This document shows, piece by piece, positions 17,284-26,858 of a stretch of DNA of 64,000 bases. A model generated the notes under the pieces. The model saw only the letters and a list, made by a program, of their open reading frames with translations. It did not search any database and had not been told where the DNA came from. Positions within the stretch are counted from its first letter, which is position 1. Each line of letters starts with the position of its first letter. Source of the DNA: Polyangiales bacterium (GTDB lineage Bacteria; Myxococcota_A; Polyangia; Polyangiales; JAWKRM01); assembly GCA_041389625.1 (NCBI GenBank), contig JAWKRM010000003.1, forward strand, positions 101,636 to 165,635, written 5' to 3'. The position numbers and the translations under genes were made by a program.

Positions 17284-19041
17284 ATGCGACTTCTTCGAAA
17301 CGCACTTCCACGGACGGTGGCCCTTGCCGCCGTTGGCGCCGCGCTGGCCCTGTGTCCGCCTGCGGCGCTTGCCTCGCCCTGGTGGCCCGCCCCGCTCGAG
17401 CGTGAGGACGCACTCCTTCGTCTCACCGGCGGCACCGAATCGGGACGCGTCTCCGCTGCACGCGATCTTGCCACGTGGCGACGGGGCGACCCGGCGAGTC
17501 GCGCCCTTGCGAATGCGCTTCGGACCGAGCGCTCCCAGAAGGTGCTCGCCGCCATCGCCGACGCGATGATCCGTCGCACCGATCGCGAGAGCCTCCCCGA
17601 ATTGCGGGAGGCCTTGCTCCACACCGCGTACCCTGCACCACTCCTGCGTGCCGTCGCGGCGCTGGGCGAGTCCGAGGACGCCGACCTCCTCGCCCGTTTC
17701 CTCGGTCGCCCCGCCGTTGAGCGCGAGGTGATCGCAGCGTTTGGTCAGTTCGGGGAACGGAGTGTTCCGCGGTTGGTCGCGGGCCTGGCGCATCCCGTGG
17801 AGCGGCGCGTGGCCGTGCGCGCCCTTGCTGCCATTCCCGCAATCGCCGCCACGCGCGCGCTCGTCGTCGCCCTCGGAAACGAAGACGCCGATGCACGCAG
17901 CACGGCCCTCGCGTCCCTCGCGGACCGAGGTGCGGTGCCGGATGGCGTGCTCATGCGGTTCCTTTCGAGCCAGGGGCTTGAGGACGAAGTCGCGGGCTTC
18001 TCCGCGTGCCGCGTCCTTCAAACACCCGAGTGCGAAGGGGCGGCCCTGGCGCGGCTCCGCGCGCCGGAGGCCGTTCTTGATGCGCGCGAGGGGGCGCTCC
18101 GTTACCTCGCCGTCGTGGCAGCGGATCGCGCCACCCCCTTCGTCCGAGCGGCGTTTGCCGGGCAAAACCGCGAGTGGTCCCGTCGGGTCGGGCAGATGGT
18201 TTTCAACGATGCCCGGATCGAGTGGCAGCGACCGTTGCTCGACGCGATGGTCGAGGGGGAAGTCTTGGCGCAGGAGGCCGTGGTTCGTCTCGCGCCCGGG
18301 CGTACTGCCGCCGACCTCGAACACCTCGAGGCCCAGCAGCGCCGGGCCCTCGCTGCCCACCGAAGGGTTTCTGCCCACGCCACGGCGCTCGCCGCCGCGC
18401 TGCTCATGCGTCGCGAGGCGGCGCCCCTGTCCGCGTCGGATCGCGCGCGTGCCTACGCGATCGTGCTTCGTGATCCGTCGCCGTTCGAATCGCGTGCCTT
18501 CGTGCGCGCACTGGCCCGGGATCGATCCATGCTTCCATGGCTCGCGCGCGCCACAAGATCGGAGCGCCCTGCGACGCGTGCCTTGGCGGGGATCGCCGCG
18601 GCGCTCGTGGGATCGGAGGATGCAATCCGGTTGCTCCGCGAGGCTCTTCTCCGCGAGCGCGACCGCGTGGTGGTGCGCGATCTGCTCGTGGGGGCCGCCA
18701 TCGCGCGTGTCCCTGTGCCGTGGGTGATCCTTTCTCGGTGGCGCGACGACGCGGAGGTCGAACCCGAACTCATCGTTGCCATGCGTAGCGCCGAGCGCAC
18801 GAACGAGTCACCCTCGGCACGGACGCGCGCGCGGTCCCACTGGGCGTCGAGGCGGGAAGCGGCGGACGAGCGCACCCGAGCCAACGCGCGGTGGGCGCTC
18901 GGTGAGCACTCCGGCCCCGATCGGGGCGACGCCCCGCGTGGCCTCGTGTGGCAAGGTGCCGCGACGGTTCGCGTTGCCGGCTCTGAAACCGGCGCATTGT
19001 GGGCACCGATCCTGCTCCGCATCCTTGGATTTGGCGCTTGA
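17284..19041 (+). CDS. exported HEAT/armadillo-like repeat protein
   Basis: ATG at 17284 gives a signal peptide (MRLLRNALPRTVALAAVGAALALCPPAALA). Repeated ..R..A..AL(G/A).. helix pairs follow, typical of PBS-lyase HEAT-like repeats. The earlier part of ORF 16573.. is antisense to ribF. Confidence 0.7.
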   Translation: MRLLRNALPRTVALAAVGAALALCPPAALASPWWPAPLEREDALLRLTGGTESGRVSAARDLATWRRGDPASRALANALRTERSQKVLAAIADAMIRRTDRESLPELREALLHTAYPAPLLRAVAALGESEDADLLARFLGRPAVEREVIAAFGQFGERSVPRLVAGLAHPVERRVAVRALAAIPAIAATRALVVALGNEDADARSTALASLADRGAVPDGVLMRFLSSQGLEDEVAGFSACRVLQTPECEGAALARLRAPEAVLDAREGALRYLAVVAADRATPFVRAAFAGQNREWSRRVGQMVFNDARIEWQRPLLDAMVEGEVLAQEAVVRLAPGRTAADLEHLEAQQRRALAAHRRVSAHATALAAALLMRREAAPLSASDRARAYAIVLRDPSPFESRAFVRALARDRSMLPWLARATRSERPATRALAGIAAALVGSEDAIRLLREALLRERDRVVVRDLLVGAAIARVPVPWVILSRWRDDAEVEPELIVAMRSAERTNESPSARTRARSHWASRREAADERTRANARWALGEHSGPDRGDAPRGLVWQGAATVRVAGSETGALWAPILLRILGFGA

Positions 19042-19073
19042 TTCCGGCGATGGAACGGCTCCAAGATCGGCCC

Positions 19074-19643
19074 ATGCGGGCTTGGCTTGGGGCGGGGTTG
19101 GCTCTCGCGATGGCGACGTGCGGCTGCGGCAAGTCCGCCGATTCGCACTACGCGGGCTGGGATGTCTTCGAGCCGGAGGACGGGTCGTTCCTCGTTCGGT
19201 ACCGGAACCCCCCATGGCATCTCGTGAGCAAGGCCGGTGACCGTGCGGTGCTCGAGATCAAGCGCCAAGGGTCGGGCTTCGTGGACATTGACGCCGGCGA
19301 CGTCCTCTCGGCCGGTCGCTTTGACACGAAGTACTACTTCACGACCCGCATCGTGAGTGCATCACCCTCCGATTGCGTGACCGACATGCTCGCGCTGATG
19401 CCCGAAGGTGCGACGATCAAGGCGGCTTCGGCCGATTTCGAAACCTCCTCGGGTGTTCTCGGGCGCGACGCCACGTACCGTTATTACGTGGACGGTCCGG
19501 AGATGACGGCGCCGCGTTACACCCGCGTCGTCTGCCTCACGCATCCAAACGGTTCGCTCGAGCTTGTCGTCGATAGCATTCCCGACCCGCTGGAACGCGA
19601 GATGACCGAGATGCTCCGCGGCGTGGAGGTGAAGGCGCCATGA
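19074..19643 (+). CDS. lipoprotein of unknown function
   Basis: ATG at 19074 gives MRAWLGAGLALAMATCGC, a lipobox-like signal. The stop overlaps the next start (ATGA at 19640-19643). Confidence 0.65.
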   Translation: MRAWLGAGLALAMATCGCGKSADSHYAGWDVFEPEDGSFLVRYRNPPWHLVSKAGDRAVLEIKRQGSGFVDIDAGDVLSAGRFDTKYYFTTRIVSASPSDCVTDMLALMPEGATIKAASADFETSSGVLGRDATYRYYVDGPEMTAPRYTRVVCLTHPNGSLELVVDSIPDPLEREMTEMLRGVEVKAP

Positions 19644-20287
19644 AGCGAATCGCACCCGCGCTCGTGCTACTGGGCCTCGTTGCCTTCGTTCAAGCCCCGG
19701 CCTTCGCCCAGGGCGACGACGACGCCGACGTGCGTACGGCGCTCGGCGTAGAAAGCGCCGACGAACTGCCCCCCGCCCTCGCTTCCGCGCAGGAGGCCTC
19801 CGCAGAGGACGCACCGGCGGAAGAGGACGACGGCGTCTGGAAGGGCCCGCACGTCGAACTTGGCTACAGCCACTTCGTGCTCGCCGATGGCTACGGCGCC
19901 GGCTCGGTCAATGCGGGCTTCTTTGGCGGGTTCCTCCCGCTCGACACCTGGTTGCGCATTGGTCTGAGCGCCGAGATGGGTTCGCGCAGCTACACGTTGG
20001 GTGACAACGACCTCCTCGTTCGCGGCACCCTGGTCGCCGGATATCAGCACCTCGGGCTCGATCGATTCATGCCGTACGCCGTCGCCGTTGCCACCATGGG
20101 CGCCGTCGTCGGAAAGCGATTCCATTCGCCCTTGGCCGAGATGCTCGTCGGAGGTGGCGTGGAGATCGGCGCCGACGTGAGCATCGAACAGAACTTCTAC
20201 GCCGGCATCGGGCTTTCCTACATCCGTGCGTCCATGTGGAACCTCGCCTACGACGTGTTCGTATTCCGGTTCCGCATCGGTCTCTGA
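19640..20287 (+). CDS. exported, probably beta-barrel, protein
   Basis: The signal peptide ends ..VQAPAFA/QG. An acidic linker is followed by Gly/aromatic alternating segments ending ..VFVFRFRIGL. Confidence 0.6.
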   Translation: MKRIAPALVLLGLVAFVQAPAFAQGDDDADVRTALGVESADELPPALASAQEASAEDAPAEEDDGVWKGPHVELGYSHFVLADGYGAGSVNAGFFGGFLPLDTWLRIGLSAEMGSRSYTLGDNDLLVRGTLVAGYQHLGLDRFMPYAVAVATMGAVVGKRFHSPLAEMLVGGGVEIGADVSIEQNFYAGIGLSYIRASMWNLAYDVFVFRFRIGL

Positions 20288-20452
20288 CACGGTCCGCCGC
20301 GGCGTGGGTGGGCGGTGCGCCCCGCCGGAGCTCGGGGCCCGGGCGACGTGGGCCCTAGGACACCGCACGGGCCCGGAATCGTTGACGTCTACGCCCGTAA
20401 TCCCCTGAAGATACGTTGACCCCGGGGCCGCGGCTGAGGCAAGGTTCCCGGG

Positions 20453-20707
20453 ATGGCCAAAGCCACCCCAGCGAAGGACGGCGACCGCTCCTTCGAGGAC
20501 ATCCTCGGGCGCCTTGAGCAGGTGGTGCTCCGCCTCGAGAAGGGCGATCTGCCGCTCGAGGAGTCGTTGGTCATGTTCGAGGAGGGCATCCGTTTGTCCC
20601 GCCTCGGCTCCGAGCGACTTGAGCAGGCCGAGCGTCGCGTTGAGCAGCTGCTTGCCCAGGGCGACGGGGTGACCACCCGTCCGTTCGAAGGGGCGGACGA
20701 GGACTGA
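20453..20707 (+). CDS. xseB: exodeoxyribonuclease VII small subunit
   Basis: 84 aa reading FEDILGRLEQVVLRLEKGDLPLEESLVMFEEGIRLSRLGSERLEQAERRVEQLL, the typical XseB helical hairpin. Confidence 0.9.
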   Translation: MAKATPAKDGDRSFEDILGRLEQVVLRLEKGDLPLEESLVMFEEGIRLSRLGSERLEQAERRVEQLLAQGDGVTTRPFEGADED

Positions 20708-20712
20708 GCGTC

Positions 20713-22101
20713 ATGACCCAGCGAATCCTGCAAGTCCTCACGAAGTATCCGGACATCGCGTCCCTCGCCGAAGCGTTCCGTGAACGGGTCGGTGACGGTA
20801 GCTTGATGCTGTACGGCGCCACGCCCGTGGACGAGGGTGAGGAGATTCGCTTCGAGGTGCTCCTCGGCGATCAGTCGGTCGCCCTCGCGGGTGTGGGGCG
20901 CTCGGTCGGTTCGTTCGAAGGCGGCGCCGAGCGGAGTCCCGACGAAAAGTTCGACATCGTCCTCGATTCGCTCGAACTCGATGGCACCTCAAGCATCGTC
21001 TACGACCGCATTCTCATGGTCCGCGACGGCGCAGCCACGGGTGAGGTGAGCATCGGTGAGCTCGAAGAGGCGGGCGACGGCGGGTTTGATGACTCGTACG
21101 AGCATCAGCCAACGCGCATCGCGCCGCCGGACGCGGACATCGACGTCGACTTCGCGGAGGAGCAGCCCACGATGGTGGCGCAGCTTCCGTCGACACCCCC
21201 CGCCGCGGTGGCGTCGGAGGACATCGAGATGCCATGGAGTTCGTCGGCGCCCCCGGCCCGTGCCGCATCCGAACCCCCCGCCGCCGAAACGTGGGGTGGG
21301 CTCGAGCCCGTTGCTTCCGAGCCGCCGCCAGCTTCCCTTCGCCCGGCCTCCATGCCGCCGGCGAGCGTGCCCCCCGCGAGCGTACCGCCCGCATCGGTGC
21401 GCCCCGGCTCCATGCCCCCCGCCAGCGTGCCGCCCGCATGGGATGCCGCCGCGGACGGCATGGACTCGCCTTCGATGAATTCGCAGATCCCCGCCGCCCC
21501 CGAGGCGCCCGACTGGGATGACGACGATGTACCCGGCACCGCCGTCGAGACCTCGATGGAAGTCGAGTCCTATTCGTACGAAGCGGAGGAACTCTCCGTG
21601 TCCGACGCGATGGAGGAGATGCCGGAGACTCGTGTGAGCTCCATGCCGCCGGCGCGACGGGCGAGTTCCATGCCGCCTGCCCCCGCATCGTGGGAGCAGG
21701 AGTTCGCGGCCCGCGCGGCCGACGGGGATGGCGCGGAACCCGAGTCGGCGCCCGTGCCCGGCGCACCGAGTGAACCTTCGCCGTTCCCGGTGCAGTCCCT
21801 CGCGAGCACGGGCTCCATCCTGACGCGTCCCTCGGCGGGGCGAGGTTGGGATTCCTCGGCGCTCCTCGAGCAACATGAACCGCGGCCCGTGGGTCAGTAC
21901 TTCGCGTACGCCGAGGGTCAGCTCCCGGTTCCCGCCTCTCCGCCGGTCCCCGAGGGGGCCGCGGCCGGCTCGGCGCCGCCGGAACTCATTCCCGTGGAAG
22001 ACGACGAAGACGATTTCCGAGGTGATCCGCAGGCCCACGGCCACGCATCCTTCGGGGAGCAGGACGAGACGGATTTCCTCGAGGAGGACGGAAACGGCTG
22101 A
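20713..22101 (+). CDS. hypothetical protein: ~110-aa N-terminal globular domain plus a long Pro/Ser/Ala/acidic low-complexity tail
   Basis: 462-aa ORF starting 6 nt after xseB. The N-terminal part (..GSLMLYGATPVDEGEEIRFEVLLGDQSVALAGVGRSV..) is reminiscent of a PilZ-like beta barrel but lacks the RxxxR motif. The remainder is disordered-looking. Confidence 0.6.
   Translation: MTQRILQVLTKYPDIASLAEAFRERVGDGSLMLYGATPVDEGEEIRFEVLLGDQSVALAGVGRSVGSFEGGAERSPDEKFDIVLDSLELDGTSSIVYDRILMVRDGAATGEVSIGELEEAGDGGFDDSYEHQPTRIAPPDADIDVDFAEEQPTMVAQLPSTPPAAVASEDIEMPWSSSAPPARAASEPPAAETWGGLEPVASEPPPASLRPASMPPASVPPASVPPASVRPGSMPPASVPPAWDAAADGMDSPSMNSQIPAAPEAPDWDDDDVPGTAVETSMEVESYSYEAEELSVSDAMEEMPETRVSSMPPARRASSMPPAPASWEQEFAARAADGDGAEPESAPVPGAPSEPSPFPVQSLASTGSILTRPSAGRGWDSSALLEQHEPRPVGQYFAYAEGQLPVPASPPVPEGAAAGSAPPELIPVEDDEDDFRGDPQAHGHASFGEQDETDFLEEDGNG
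21349..21438 (+). repeat. in-frame 15-nt tandem repeat encoding (S/M)PPASV units
   Basis: Translation reads SMPPASVPPASVPPASVRPGSMPPASVPPA. The DNA shows successive ccgcc(g/c)gc(g/a)agcgt(g/a)-like units. Confidence 0.7.
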
Positions 22102-22202
22102 GTCCCTCCGCGCTGGACTCGACGGGAATCCGTAGGAAATTCTCCCCATTGAATCGGACGCGCCAAGGTCGCGTCCATGGCGACGAACGGAACGAGGTGA
22201 GC

Positions 22203-22544
22203 ATGGCAAAACCACACACATCGAGCTGGGGGCGGCGCAGTGTTGCGCTCGCGGTGTTCGTGGCGCTGCTGTCCTTGACGAGCCTCGCGTTTGCGAACGC
22301 GTTGGTCGTGGTCAAGGTTCGCGCCACCGGCGACGCCGCCGTGGATGGCAAGGTCACGCTCACGGCACGCAAGGGCGACGCCACGTTCAGCTGTGAGACG
22401 AAGGACGGCGGCTGCAAAATCGACAACGTTCCCGGCGGCGCATACACCGTCACCTTCGAGCCGAAATCGGGGAAAGCTCCGAAACCGCGGCCCGTCATGA
22501 TCCCGCCCGAAGGGACCGTCTCGCTCTTCGTCGCCACGGGCTGA
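22203..22544 (+). CDS. small exported protein with a carboxypeptidase-regulatory-like (Ig-like beta-sandwich) domain
   Basis: ATG at 22203 is preceded by GAGGTGA. The signal ends ..LTSLAFA/NA. The pattern VKVRATGDAAVDGKVTLT..GGCKIDNVPGGAYTVTF is typical of CarboxypepD_reg-type domains. Confidence 0.65.
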   Translation: MAKPHTSSWGRRSVALAVFVALLSLTSLAFANALVVVKVRATGDAAVDGKVTLTARKGDATFSCETKDGGCKIDNVPGGAYTVTFEPKSGKAPKPRPVMIPPEGTVSLFVATG

Positions 22545-22638
22545 GCGACGCCGGCGCTGCCGGCCCACGAATGGACCCGGCGGCGGCCGAGGTGGTACAC
22601 CTCTGTCCGTGCAGATGCGCGGAGGGGAGCACTCGAGC

Positions 22639-24861
22639 ATGCGTGGAGCCGACCGCCGATGGGCGTTCCTGGCGATTCTGACCATGGGCCTGTCCCTGGC
22701 GGGTGGACCGGGAACGGCGTTTGCCCAGTCGGGCAAGGCCGTCCTTGTGGACGACGAGTTCGGCGAAGCGACGGACGGATCCGCGGATGCATCCGCCACG
22801 GTGACGCTGGGGGACACGGGCGTCTCGGCCGACGCGGAAGCTGCCATGGCGCCCACCGCCGGCGCCGCGCCGGCCGACGCGGCACCCTCCGGCGACCGGG
22901 CACACGAGCACGCCCGTCACCTGGCGTGGAAACACAACTCACTCCACGGCTCGGTGGGCGGGCTCCACACGGTGGATGCGGGCTCGGGCGCGGTGGGCTC
23001 CTTTCGTCTCCAGCTCCACTCGGAGTTCTTCTTCGCTTCCGACTTCCTTCTGCCCGGCGACGACAACCAGCGCGTGGGTGGTGCCCTCTCACTGAGCGCG
23101 ACGCTTCTCGAATTCCTCGAGGTCTATGCCTCGGTGTGGACCACGGCCAACTCCAACGACAAGGAAAATCCGGAGCTGTTCCAGGCCCTCGGCGACACGC
23201 TGTTCGGCGCGAAGCTCTTCGGATCGGTGGCCCCGTGGTTGACGCTCGGCGGTGATGTGGAGGTGGCGCTGCTCAATCGCGTTGGCGGCGTGGGGCTCTC
23301 CTTTGCGGGTACGAGCCTAGGGCTCCGGTTCAACGCGACCGCTGACTTTCGCGACCTCCCGAAGGGCGGCTTTCCGCTCATCGCACGACTCAATTTGCAG
23401 TACTACCTCGACAACACGTCGACCCTTGTCGAGGACACCGAGGACAAGCGCTACGACGCGCTTTCAAACCCCGCGCCGCGCGCCGATGAAGCGCGAAACC
23501 TCGTGTCGCGCATCGAACGGTTTGCCCTCGGGATCAATCGCACCGACTTTTTCAACATCGCGCTTGGGTTCGAGGCACCACTCGAAGTGTCGCGGAATTT
23601 CGTGCTTGCGCCGCTCCTCGAGTGGACATGGGGGATTCCGATTAACCGACAGGGCTACGACTGTCTGTTCATCCCCGATCCCGCGAATCCGTCGAAGCCG
23701 AACGGAACCGACGACAGCTGTCTCGACATCGCGGGTGTCTCCGCCTTCCCGATGGACCTGACGCTGGGCGTGCGCGTGCTCCCGCCGGTGTCCGGGCTCG
23801 CTTTTTTTGCCGCGGTGGACGTGGGGCTCACGGGCGCTTCGACATTCGTGCGCGAGCTTGCACCGAATGCGCCTTACAACGTGATGCTCGGCCTCGGTTA
23901 CGCGTTCGACACTCGGCGAACGGACTCGGCGCCAGCCCCCGCGGCCGTGGCACCGCCCGCGCGTGGGCGTGTTCGTGCGACGGTGGTCGAGCAGGGAAAC
24001 CAGGGCGTGATGGTCGGCGGCGCCATCGTGCACTTTACCGGTGCGAACGGAGGTTTGACGGCCCTCGCTGCGGATGCGGGTGGGCAGTTCACCACCTACA
24101 CCTTCGATCCGGGGCCGGTGACCATGGAAATCAGTCATCCGGATTACGAAACCGGGCCCTGCGCGGCGACCGTGCCCGCCTCGGGCGACGCGACCGTTGT
24201 CTGCGAACTTGTCGCGAAACCGAAGGCCGGTTCCGTGGCAGGCCGGTTGGTGGGGCAAGGCGATGCGGCCGCGGCCGGCGAGGTGAAGTACACCGGACCG
24301 AGCTCCGGGTCGACGATGGCGGATGCCGCGGGTGCGTTCGAGATCCACGACCTTGCGCCGGGCATGTACACCGCCACGGTGGATCTGCCGGACTACCTCG
24401 TCACGACCGCTTCCTTTGAGGTACGCCCGCACGAGACGTCCTCGGTTGAAATCCAACTCACACCGCGCCCGAAGAAGTCGCTCGTCGAGGTGCGTGATGG
24501 CGACATCCGCATCAAGAAGCAGATCAACTTCGCGACCAAGAGCGCGGAGGTCAACCCCAACAGCTACGGCCTGCTCGAGGAAGTCGCGGATGCACTTCAG
24601 CGGAACCCGGGAATCGAGCTTGTGGAAATCCAGGGCCACACCGACAACACCGGGCGTGCCGAGCTGAACAAGGAACTCTCGCAGCAGCGTGCGGATGCCG
24701 TGCGAACCTGGCTCATCGCCCACGGCGTCGAATCGGGCCGGCTCACCGCCGTCGGCTATGGCATGGAGCGGCCCCTCGCGCCCAACATCACGAACGCCAA
24801 CCGTGCGAAGAACCGCAGGGTGGAGTTCATCATCGTGCGCAAGGCCGGCGGTACGCCCTAG
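22639..24861 (+). CDS. large OmpA-family outer-membrane protein
   Basis: Start is ATG 22639 or ATG 22609. The signal ends ..GPGTAFA/QS. A long barrel-like region and two CarboxypepD_reg-like segments precede a C-terminal OmpA domain (INFATKSAEV..VEIQGHTDNTGRAELNKELSQQRADAVRTWL..NRRVEFIIV). Confidence 0.85.
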   Translation: MRGADRRWAFLAILTMGLSLAGGPGTAFAQSGKAVLVDDEFGEATDGSADASATVTLGDTGVSADAEAAMAPTAGAAPADAAPSGDRAHEHARHLAWKHNSLHGSVGGLHTVDAGSGAVGSFRLQLHSEFFFASDFLLPGDDNQRVGGALSLSATLLEFLEVYASVWTTANSNDKENPELFQALGDTLFGAKLFGSVAPWLTLGGDVEVALLNRVGGVGLSFAGTSLGLRFNATADFRDLPKGGFPLIARLNLQYYLDNTSTLVEDTEDKRYDALSNPAPRADEARNLVSRIERFALGINRTDFFNIALGFEAPLEVSRNFVLAPLLEWTWGIPINRQGYDCLFIPDPANPSKPNGTDDSCLDIAGVSAFPMDLTLGVRVLPPVSGLAFFAAVDVGLTGASTFVRELAPNAPYNVMLGLGYAFDTRRTDSAPAPAAVAPPARGRVRATVVEQGNQGVMVGGAIVHFTGANGGLTALAADAGGQFTTYTFDPGPVTMEISHPDYETGPCAATVPASGDATVVCELVAKPKAGSVAGRLVGQGDAAAAGEVKYTGPSSGSTMADAAGAFEIHDLAPGMYTATVDLPDYLVTTASFEVRPHETSSVEIQLTPRPKKSLVEVRDGDIRIKKQINFATKSAEVNPNSYGLLEEVADALQRNPGIELVEIQGHTDNTGRAELNKELSQQRADAVRTWLIAHGVESGRLTAVGYGMERPLAPNITNANRAKNRRVEFIIVRKAGGTP

Positions 24862-25736
24862 CGGCGACGACGGCGGGCCCACGCCATCGCCAAGGCGACT
24901 GCACCGACGGCGAAGGCGGCAAACCGCGGAAACCTTCGCGTGCTGCCCGGAGCGCGGCACCCGCAGCCGTCTTCGACACGACACTCGGCCGCGAAGCCGC
25001 CGCTCGGGGTGAAGTCGCACGTGTCGGGGAGCGAGCCTGGCGGGTACGCGTTGCAGATGCCGTCAATGTCGTCCGCCGCCAGCGTGCGCTTCTTGATCTC
25101 ACCCGTGGGCGCGCTCGCGAGCATGGTTGCTTCGGGGTCGCTCGAATGGGCGAGGCCAAAAAAGTGCCCAGCCTCGTGGGTCACGACGTTCTGCACATCG
25201 ACGAAGGGGCATGACGCGCCGACCGGGCAGTCGTCGAAGGTGCGGTTCTCCTCGTTGAGCTCCATGTCCGCGTCGTGAATCAGGCCAGCGGAGTCGTGCC
25301 ACACGCTCGTGAGTGCAAAGGCATCCGGATCGTGATCGCGCGCAACCCAGTCGGCGACGAAGGCAACGGTGTTGAGGTTCCCGCCCTCGGAATTGAAGAC
25401 CGAACGGTCACACAGGCTCGCGGCCTCCGTTTCGGCCACGTCGAGCTGAATCGGCACGCCGTCGCAGCGGACGGACGTCCACGCGCTGTACGACTGGAAG
25501 ATGATCGGCCGAAGCTCCTCGACGGTGAGCCGCTTCGAACCCCCGACAAAGAGGCTGTACGACATGCAGCGTCGGTTCCAGGCCAGGGGGATCCCATCCG
25601 TCACGCAGGCGCCGGGTCCGATGGCCGTCTCGGTACTCGTGGTCAGTCGGCACCATGCGGCCGCGGACGATCCGCCGAGGGCCCAAACGGCGAGCGCCAG
25701 CACCGAAGCGGCGACCCCTCGGACGCTAGGGTGCAT
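24858..25736 (-). CDS. matrixin-like zinc metalloprotease with a MYXO-CTERM sorting tail
   Basis: Zinc motif HEAGHFFGLAHS. The mature protein has 13 Cys. The C-terminus reads ..EDGCGCRAPG..FAAFAVGAVALAMAWARRRRR, i.e. GCGC followed by a hydrophobic stretch and an Arg cluster. Confidence 0.85.
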   Translation of the reverse strand: MHPSVRGVAASVLALAVWALGGSSAAAWCRLTTSTETAIGPGACVTDGIPLAWNRRCMSYSLFVGGSKRLTVEELRPIIFQSYSAWTSVRCDGVPIQLDVAETEAASLCDRSVFNSEGGNLNTVAFVADWVARDHDPDAFALTSVWHDSAGLIHDADMELNEENRTFDDCPVGASCPFVDVQNVVTHEAGHFFGLAHSSDPEATMLASAPTGEIKKRTLAADDIDGICNAYPPGSLPDTCDFTPSGGFAAECRVEDGCGCRAPGSTRRFPRFAAFAVGAVALAMAWARRRRR

Positions 25737-26376
25737 GGCTTCCTTGGGTCGGGTGCCGGACCTCGGCCTGTACGCGCTCCCCGAGCATCTTCAGATCGAT
25801 GGCGCCCGCGAATGCACCGGCCCTCGGTACGAGCTTGCCGTCCTCCGTTTGGGCGACGAGGGCGAGGCCTTCGGTGGTCGGGATGGCATCCGCTCCACCA
25901 TCGGGGCGCACGCGCACCCGAAGGACCCCCTGCGCCATGCCCACGGGTCGGTAGTAGGCTCCGTTGGGGGACCTTCGGCCAAACAGCACCACCGTTGAAG
26001 CCGACGCGAACGTGGGCTCGCCGATGACGCGCAGTGTGTCGCCGCCCTTGGTGCCGCCGAGGGCGCGAACCACGACGCTGCTCCCCTCCTGGGCAGAGCC
26101 CTTCCACGTGTTCCGCACGTGGAGTTCCGCGTCACTCACCGTTCGCGAATAGGCGTCGGTTGAAACCGTGACCCGAGTCACTTGCCCGACGATGATGATG
26201 TCGGACTTCGCCACGAGTTCGACCAGGTCCAACGCTCGTACGATGCTCGCGAACGCGGACGTCGTCGCGCCGAGGCCGATCAGGGTGGCGAGGACGAACA
26301 AGACGCCGCGACGCCAAACGTGGCCACCCATGAACACGGAGCGAGCATGTAGAGGCTCGGGCGCTGCGTCAAGCAT
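25726..26376 (-). CDS. exported protein of unknown function
   Basis: Internal start at ATG 26376 or 26331. The signal/anchor reads VLFVLATLIGLGATTSAFA. The body is beta-rich. The stop overlaps the protease start by 11 nt. The upstream 200 codons of ORF 25726..26985 overlap the MauE gene out of frame. Confidence 0.6.
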   Translation of the reverse strand: MLDAAPEPLHARSVFMGGHVWRRGVLFVLATLIGLGATTSAFASIVRALDLVELVAKSDIIIVGQVTRVTVSTDAYSRTVSDAELHVRNTWKGSAQEGSSVVVRALGGTKGGDTLRVIGEPTFASASTVVLFGRRSPNGAYYRPVGMAQGVLRVRVRPDGGADAIPTTEGLALVAQTEDGKLVPRAGAFAGAIDLKMLGERVQAEVRHPTQGSHAP

Positions 26377-26416
26377 TGCGATGCGACCGATGCCGATGCT
26401 CGAGCTGCGCGACTCG

Positions 26417-26857
26417 CTACGGGTCGCGACGCAGTCGTCGATGGGCGGCGAGAAATGCGTACGTGGCGACGGCGAGGAGCGCGGCATTTCGCAGCAGCGT
26501 CTTCCACGAAACGGCGGTCGCCGTCGCTGACCCGAAACAGCCGCAGTCGATGTTGATGCCTCGCACCAGGGCCTGCCCCATGGCCAGCGAGAAGGCGGCA
26601 AGCAGGCCCCACGCGACGACGGCCGCGCCGCGCACCCATCGATCAACGAGGAGCGCCGCCGCGATTGCGAGCTCGACGCACGGCACGATCGTCGCAAGCC
26701 AGGGCGCCGCAGCGTCGGGCAGCATTCGGTAGTTCCGCACGTCGGCCGCGAAGCTCGCCAAGTCGGAAAGCTTTGGCACCGCGGCCGCGACGAAGACCGC
26801 CGCGAGCACCACGCGTGCGATCCATTCGGCCGCCTTTTTTCGATCGAGCGCGGGCAC
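26417..26857 (-). CDS. MauE/DoxX-family integral membrane protein
   Basis: Four hydrophobic segments and the conserved DCGCFG motif (..GINIDCGCFGS..). The probable GTG start at 26857 lies 1 nt after the rhodanese stop. ORF track start is 26914. Confidence 0.75.
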   Translation of the reverse strand: MPALDRKKAAEWIARVVLAAVFVAAAVPKLSDLASFAADVRNYRMLPDAAAPWLATIVPCVELAIAAALLVDRWVRGAAVVAWGLLAAFSLAMGQALVRGINIDCGCFGSATATAVSWKTLLRNAALLAVATYAFLAAHRRLRRDP

Positions 26858-26858
26858 C

